Sequence record: OQ473815.1
Strand: one strand, 5' to 3'
DNA: 30,153 bases
The translations under genes were made by a program, and so were the position numbers. Numbering within the stretch: the first letter of the stretch is position 1; every line of letters starts with the position of its first letter. Positions 26,190 through 30,153 of the stretch are shown piece by piece. Under the pieces are notes generated by a model. That model was not told the DNA's origin, made no database searches, and saw only the letters and a program-made list of their open reading frames with translations.

Positions 26190-26194
26190 AGAAC

Positions 26195-26566
26195 CTACCC
26201 AAGGATATCCTTCAAGACGTCCTCAGCGTCCTTACTCTCCTTCTTAGTCCACAACTCCACGTAACCTGGCAACATGCTCTTGAAGAGGAGAAGGGTGTTA
26301 TAGAGTGAAGTGACGTTATCGCCGTTCACGTACTCCTTAATAGGTTTGCAGTCATTAAGTGACTTACCAACCATAAGCTTACCGTTCTTTATTATTAAAA
26401 TGTCAAGGTCATTGTTGACGAAGAGGTTTATCTCATGTGAGACGGACGAAGGTATCATCTCCTCGATCGAGTGGACCAGAGATTCCAAGTAGTTACCGTT
26501 TCTCCTAGGTGACTTATCATCTAAAATTTCTCTTAACTGTTTAACCTCATCTTCATGTTCTGGCAT
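26195..26566 (-). CDS. Hypothetical protein, 123 aa
   Basis: ATG start, typical codon use, divergent from the protease operon. Confidence 0.8.
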   Translation of the reverse strand: MPEHEDEVKQLREILDDKSPRRNGNYLESLVHSIEEMIPSSVSHEINLFVNNDLDILIIKNGKLMVGKSLNDCKPIKEYVNGDNVTSLYNTLLLFKSMLPGYVELWTKKESKDAEDVLKDILG

Positions 26567-26658
26567 ATCTGTTCAAGTTACGATTGGATACAGAAAATAA
26601 AAAGATTTTTGTTGTAAAACATAGAAAGGAATATATCTGAGAGGTAAACAATAAACAT

Positions 26659-27486
26659 ATGATAGTCCAAATAAAGGCTTACCACAGGAAAAGGAAGACT
26701 GTGGTGTTTGACGATAAGATACCTGACACGTTGATAGAGGCGGTTTACCCTGGGTACGAAATAGAGAGAGAGGAACAAGGAATGATAGAGGTTGGGTCAA
26801 ACGTTGGATTAACTAAGTTCACCCCATCACTTATCAACCCACCTAACTGGTCAGACTATCACGTGGACGGACTGAAGTTGGTCTCAAACTTCTTCTCAGT
26901 ATCACAGTTCACGTTAAAGCCAAAACAGACCTTGGCAGTAGCCAGTTACGTGTTACCTAAAACCGTTGCGTTAAAGAGGACCGGAAAACCAAACGTCATA
27001 GTTACAGCCTATCACGTAGCTAACATGGGAGTGTTCTCAATAAATGAGACTAACGTTAGCGTACCAGCAGTCATCGTGAAGACAGACAACGCAAGGACGT
27101 CAATAATAAATTATAACCCTACAGTTAGGAAGGTTGAGGAGAGGACGCTAGTGATAAGTATACCAAGGGACATAGGATACCTTGAGTACGATAAGGTAAA
27201 AATAAGTGAAGGTGAGGAGTTGGCGGGTGTGGTGTCAGGTACTGATGGAAATCACGGGTTCGTTGCACCGTACCAGAACTTCTTTATTGAAGGAGAGAAA
27301 CTGGTAGCGTACACCCCATTACGTGGTGAGATCACGTTAACCGTAACTGACGCTAACGTTAGCTATGGGATAGTGACGAGTTACAATAACAGGATCATGT
27401 ACGTGGAAGTGGAGAAAGGAGTGGAAGTTAACAAACCGTTCATGCACGGAGAGAGCGGTAGCCCAGTGTTCAGGAGGTCTGGTTGA
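26659..27486 (+). CDS. Chymotrypsin-like (clan PA/S1) serine protease A
   Basis: VTAYHV (H119), RDIGYL (D171), GESGSPV (S266); ends 9 aa after the Ser. Confidence 0.8.
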   Translation: MIVQIKAYHRKRKTVVFDDKIPDTLIEAVYPGYEIEREEQGMIEVGSNVGLTKFTPSLINPPNWSDYHVDGLKLVSNFFSVSQFTLKPKQTLAVASYVLPKTVALKRTGKPNVIVTAYHVANMGVFSINETNVSVPAVIVKTDNARTSIINYNPTVRKVEERTLVISIPRDIGYLEYDKVKISEGEELAGVVSGTDGNHGFVAPYQNFFIEGEKLVAYTPLRGEITLTVTDANVSYGIVTSYNNRIMYVEVEKGVEVNKPFMHGESGSPVFRRSG

Positions 27487-27489
27487 GAG

Positions 27490-28392
27490 ATGCCAATAAG
27501 GATAGGTTACAAAGTTGACCATAACAATCACCTCATAGTTGTGTTCGACAGTATGATAACTGACGCTTTCATAAACAACTTATACCCAGGATACGACATC
27601 AAGAGGACGATAACGAAAACGTATGACGAACCTAAAGTTAACGACCAGCCTAACGTGGATCCATACTCAGGTAACTACCCAATAACCATGACCGCAATAA
27701 GGAACGTAACCAACCCATGGTTCACCTACCAACAGAACGGATATGAGATATTACAAAGGCACTTCAAGGTTAACACCCTCTTCCTAAATGAAAAGAAGAG
27801 CAAAGGAACGTTAGGTTTCGTACTGAACTCGGTGAGGGCTTTAGAGAGGACTGGGAAAACAAACGTGGCGTTAACCGCATATCACGTTTGCGCGATGCCG
27901 TCATTTGAGAGCATGACTGGGATAGCCATACCAATGAAAAGCGAGAACACGAAACTTAACTTCACCACGTCACCAATAAACAACAGCGTGTCAATAGTCA
28001 AGATAGCGCCCAACACGCTAGTCACGTCAATAGACTCAGACTTGGCAATACTGGAGTACGAGGGTAAACCCTACAACGGAAAGGAGAAGATATTCACAGG
28101 TAACGATTACATAGAGGACTTCAGGATAATAGGTGTGATATCCGCAACGTTCCCTGACGAGAGCGTAATAGCACCTTTCACTAATAACGTTGAGGTAGGA
28201 GATGAGGTAATAATGGGTGGCGTTATGAGCGGAATAAGGAAAGCGAGGGTGAAATCAAAGAACGTTGAGTACGCCCTACTGGACTCAAGGGACCAAAAGA
28301 AGATAATAGTTATGGTGAAGAACGGAATACTCGTTGACAAACCGTCAATACCTGGCGACAGTGGGGGACCCGTAATAAAGAAAACTATTTAA
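27490..28392 (+). CDS. Chymotrypsin-like (clan PA/S1) serine protease B
   Basis: GTLG, LTAYHV (H132), SDLAIL (D184), VGDEVIMGG..SG, PGDSGGPV (S291); ends 9 aa after the Ser. Confidence 0.88.
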   Translation: MPIRIGYKVDHNNHLIVVFDSMITDAFINNLYPGYDIKRTITKTYDEPKVNDQPNVDPYSGNYPITMTAIRNVTNPWFTYQQNGYEILQRHFKVNTLFLNEKKSKGTLGFVLNSVRALERTGKTNVALTAYHVCAMPSFESMTGIAIPMKSENTKLNFTTSPINNSVSIVKIAPNTLVTSIDSDLAILEYEGKPYNGKEKIFTGNDYIEDFRIIGVISATFPDESVIAPFTNNVEVGDEVIMGGVMSGIRKARVKSKNVEYALLDSRDQKKIIVMVKNGILVDKPSIPGDSGGPVIKKTI

Positions 28393-28414
28393 CCTTAAGT
28401 GAATAGGTTAAGGT

Positions 28415-28666
28415 ATGGCAAAAACTATATTCGACTACGTACACCTGATGTACGCGGTAGCGGGAGCGTTGTTTGGAGCGATAGTAGGATACCTAATTGG
28501 GACCGCCCTATACGCCATAACCCTGTCAGCGTCAATATACAACACAACACTGTTGGCACCAATGACACACTCAGCCACAGGATTCCCACTGATATTCGCG
28601 CTAGGTTTCGCAGGGGCAGGCTTCGGGTTCGGAATAATATACTCGTACCAAACAAACTCCCAATAA
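28415..28666 (+). CDS. Two-TM Gly/Ala-rich membrane protein, 83 aa
   Basis: Two hydrophobic helices with GxxxG motifs, NTT sequon in the loop; AGGT RBS; third gene of the protease operon. Confidence 0.8.
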   Translation: MAKTIFDYVHLMYAVAGALFGAIVGYLIGTALYAITLSASIYNTTLLAPMTHSATGFPLIFALGFAGAGFGFGIIYSYQTNSQ

Positions 28667-29266
28667 TCAACTATACTTTTTTATTGTAAATATCTTTCTT
28701 GTTGTAACTGGATAACCGATCTTACCACCGTAAAAGGTGTAAGTCTTAGTTACGTAAGGGTCAAAATAAGGTTTGACCAAGGTACCTAATTGCATGTCAT
28801 AGTTTATGATCTCAAACGGATCGTAGAAAACGAGGAACCAACCAATGCCCTGAACGGTGAGAGGAACAAGCTCGTAAGTCATCTCCTGTAGACCGATGAA
28901 ACCATACTCAGGAACAACAAGCCTCTTACCTGGGGGAACAAGGAAAACGAAAGCTACCTGACCATCAACTAAGGCTAAAGAGTAAACGGGTATGGAATTA
29001 AGGTTCTTCACAAACGAAGAGAGACCGTTAGCTAAGTAAACCTCAGCGTAAGCGTCACCAAAGAGGTAATCAGGGACCTGATAACCTTGAAGAGTGGCAC
29101 CCCTAAGTATTGAAGCGTAAAGGTTAGAACTAGTGGGATTGTCAATTATCCAACGAACTTCACCTTCACTTCCACCAACGTACTCATAAGAGAGGGTAGC
29201 CTGACCCGAACTCGTAGTGTCAGAGAAAACGTAATTCCCAGCCTTAACGTAAGGATGTACTTTCAT
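28667..29266 (-). CDS. Beta-rich hypothetical protein, 199 aa
   Basis: TTTATATA box at 29298-29291 places a leaderless ATG at 29266; stop abuts the stop of the 2-TM gene. Confidence 0.8.
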   Translation of the reverse strand: MKVHPYVKAGNYVFSDTTSSGQATLSYEYVGGSEGEVRWIIDNPTSSNLYASILRGATLQGYQVPDYLFGDAYAEVYLANGLSSFVKNLNSIPVYSLALVDGQVAFVFLVPPGKRLVVPEYGFIGLQEMTYELVPLTVQGIGWFLVFYDPFEIINYDMQLGTLVKPYFDPYVTKTYTFYGGKIGYPVTTRKIFTIKKYS

Positions 29267-29303
29267 TAAATTTATTAATGGGAAAACAGATATATAAACA
29301 CAT

Positions 29304-29323
29304 CCCCCCCTCGTTTCCCTCCC
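29304..29323 (-). other. Putative G-quadruplex-forming sequence at inner ITR boundary
   Basis: Minus strand GGG-A-GGG-AAACGA-GGGGGGG fits the G3N1-7 x4 pattern. Confidence 0.45.
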
Positions 29324-29397
29324 GCGCGTCACCAAAAACTTTAAATACCACGATGCTACATATTCTCACAAGTGATAAAATGATTCAGGAGGAGACG

Positions 29398-30153
29398 ATG
29401 AAGAGGTTCGTTGCGATGAATGATACCTCAGACGTCTCACTCCCGAATCTCATTCTGATTACGCCTGATGAATTGTCAAATGAATTGAAAGAAAACTTTT
29501 TGAATGCTCCTTTCAGGTGGTTCGTCGTCCACAACACCGAAATGTCGCTCGAGAGTCGCATCGTGGCAAGACGCATCATGTCACAAGATACCAGCATCAC
29601 GTCGCAAGACAACACGTCGCACCAAGTCACGTCGCACGAGAACCACACCAGAACGCACCAGAACCACGTCACACCAAGTCACAACGAAACGCAAGACAAC
29701 GCATCGCACGAGAACCACACCAAGTCGCACCAGAACGCGTCGCACCAAGTCACGTCGCAACGCAACGAAACGCACCAAGTCACGCCACTCAGCACCACGT
29801 CGCACCAGGACCAAGTCACACCGGACCACACCAGCACCAAGTCAGACCACGAAACGCAACCGAAAGATTTAAATATCCGCAATGAGATAGTCAACGTTTC
29901 TTTCTTTCCCACTACTCAACTACTACTACTACTCAAAGGAAATAAGAACCAACCAATCAACCAATCTACCAACATACCAATCTACAAAGATACCAAAAAA
30001 GAAACGTACCAAAACATCAACGAACCAAATAAGAAACGTATCAAAACAGAAACGAATCAAAACAGAAACAAATCTATCTATAATATAATATATAAAAACA
30101 AAAGAAGAACGAACGAATATTATATATATAATAATAACAAAAGAAAACAGAAT
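29398..30153 (+). CDS. ITR-encoded ORF open to window end (at least 252 codons; not in ORF track)
   Basis: TTTAAATA box at 29340-29347, GGAGGAG RBS; MKRFVAMNDTSDVSLPNLILITPDELSNELKENFLNAPFRWFVVHNTEMSLESRIVARRIM then a His/Thr/Gln-rich tail; no stop codon. Confidence 0.6.
   Translation, partial: MKRFVAMNDTSDVSLPNLILITPDELSNELKENFLNAPFRWFVVHNTEMSLESRIVARRIMSQDTSITSQDNTSHQVTSHENHTRTHQNHVTPSHNETQDNASHENHTKSHQNASHQVTSQRNETHQVTPLSTTSHQDQVTPDHTSTKSDHETQPKDLNIRNEIVNVSFFPTTQLLLLLKGNKNQPINQSTNIPIYKDTKKETYQNINEPNKKRIKTETNQNRNKSIYNIIYKNKRRTNEYYIYNNNKRKQN
29580..29870 (+). repeat. Degenerate 5-bp-periodic repeat tract
   Basis: Recurring GTCGC, GTCAC, ACCAA, ACCAG, AACGC, AGAAC units; very T-poor + strand. 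Confidence 0.85.
29940..30153 (+). repeat. A/C-rich low-complexity terminal tract (AACCA/AACAA/AACGA-like; TTGTT-like on minus strand)
   Basis: Seen directly; extreme strand skew. Confidence 0.7.

Larger units (their letters stand above)
1..30153. mobile_element. Near-complete linear genome of a filamentous archaeal virus (Lipothrixviridae, Ligamenvirales; Sulfolobales host)
   Basis: Two adjacent SIFV-like MCP genes, ITR, AcrIII-1, Cas4, SF2 helicase, glycosyltransferases; archaeal TATA/BRE promoters and GGTGA/GGAGG RBS; no host housekeeping genes. Confidence 0.93.
29324..30153. repeat. Right inverted terminal repeat (29324-29400 verified against left end; remainder inferred)
   Basis: Identity to left end runs to the window edge, so the ITR presumably continues; distal part is low-complexity and strand-skewed like lipothrixvirus termini. 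Confidence 0.8.

Noticed and set aside
322-27531. Numerous antisense or nested track ORFs (e.g. 873-1118, 1831-2169, 6408-6692, 11699-11989, 20312-20512, 26573-26800)
   Set aside because: They lie opposite or within well-supported genes, have antisense-type composition, and lack start signals
28399-28689. Alternative ORFs 28399-28689(+) and 28425-28670(-)
   Set aside because: Shadow frames of the 83-aa membrane gene, which has the RBS and a coherent composition
29385-29912. Five track ORFs on both strands (29385, 29504, 29517, 29581, 29679)
   Set aside because: By-products of stop-poor pentamer repeats; no RBS or promoter; only the 29398 frame has expression signals
1-30153. tRNA gene (one is reported for AFV2), integrase, transposase, reverse transcriptase/DGR, DNA polymerase
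   Set aside because: No T-loop/cloverleaf or catalytic motifs found by eye; a tRNAscan-SE archaeal-mode run would be needed to exclude an intron-containing tRNA

Overview
The window is a near-complete linear genome (about 30 kb) of a filamentous Sulfolobales virus of the Lipothrixviridae. Evidence: an adjacent pair of SIFV-like major capsid proteins, and an inverted terminal repeat (1-77 = reverse complement of 29324-29400, 76/77 identical). The left ITR is cut off by the window at the ATG of an ITR gene. Genome size is compatible with a deltalipothrixvirus-like virus, but genus cannot be fixed here. Layout, left to right: RHH regulators, Cas4-like nuclease and Hel308/Ski2-like helicase; an AT-rich island with a repeat-rich non-coding stretch, four paralogues of one unknown ~190-aa family under near-identical strong promoters, and the ring nuclease AcrIII-1 at its right edge; a small AEP-primase-like or HUH-like domain whose start is entangled with an overlapping ORF; MCP1/MCP2, two glycosyltransferases and a sugar nucleotidyltransferase; a minus-strand operon of six paralogous Ser/Thr-rich beta proteins plus a tape-measure-like protein (probable terminal fibres); RHH/AbrB regulators; and a terminal module of two tandem chymotrypsin-like serine proteases plus a 2-TM protein. 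The proteases are the most unusual element. Both have an intact His/Asp/Ser triad but stop about 9 residues after the catalytic Ser, and both carry an N-terminal beta-beta-alpha segment resembling the missing C-terminal part, suggesting circular permutation or complementation in trans. Three probable CDSs missing from the supplied ORF track were found by hand (57-191, 10722-10874, 29398-end). All family assignments come from motif recognition and memory, not database searches. GC figures are manual counts of single 60-nt lines.
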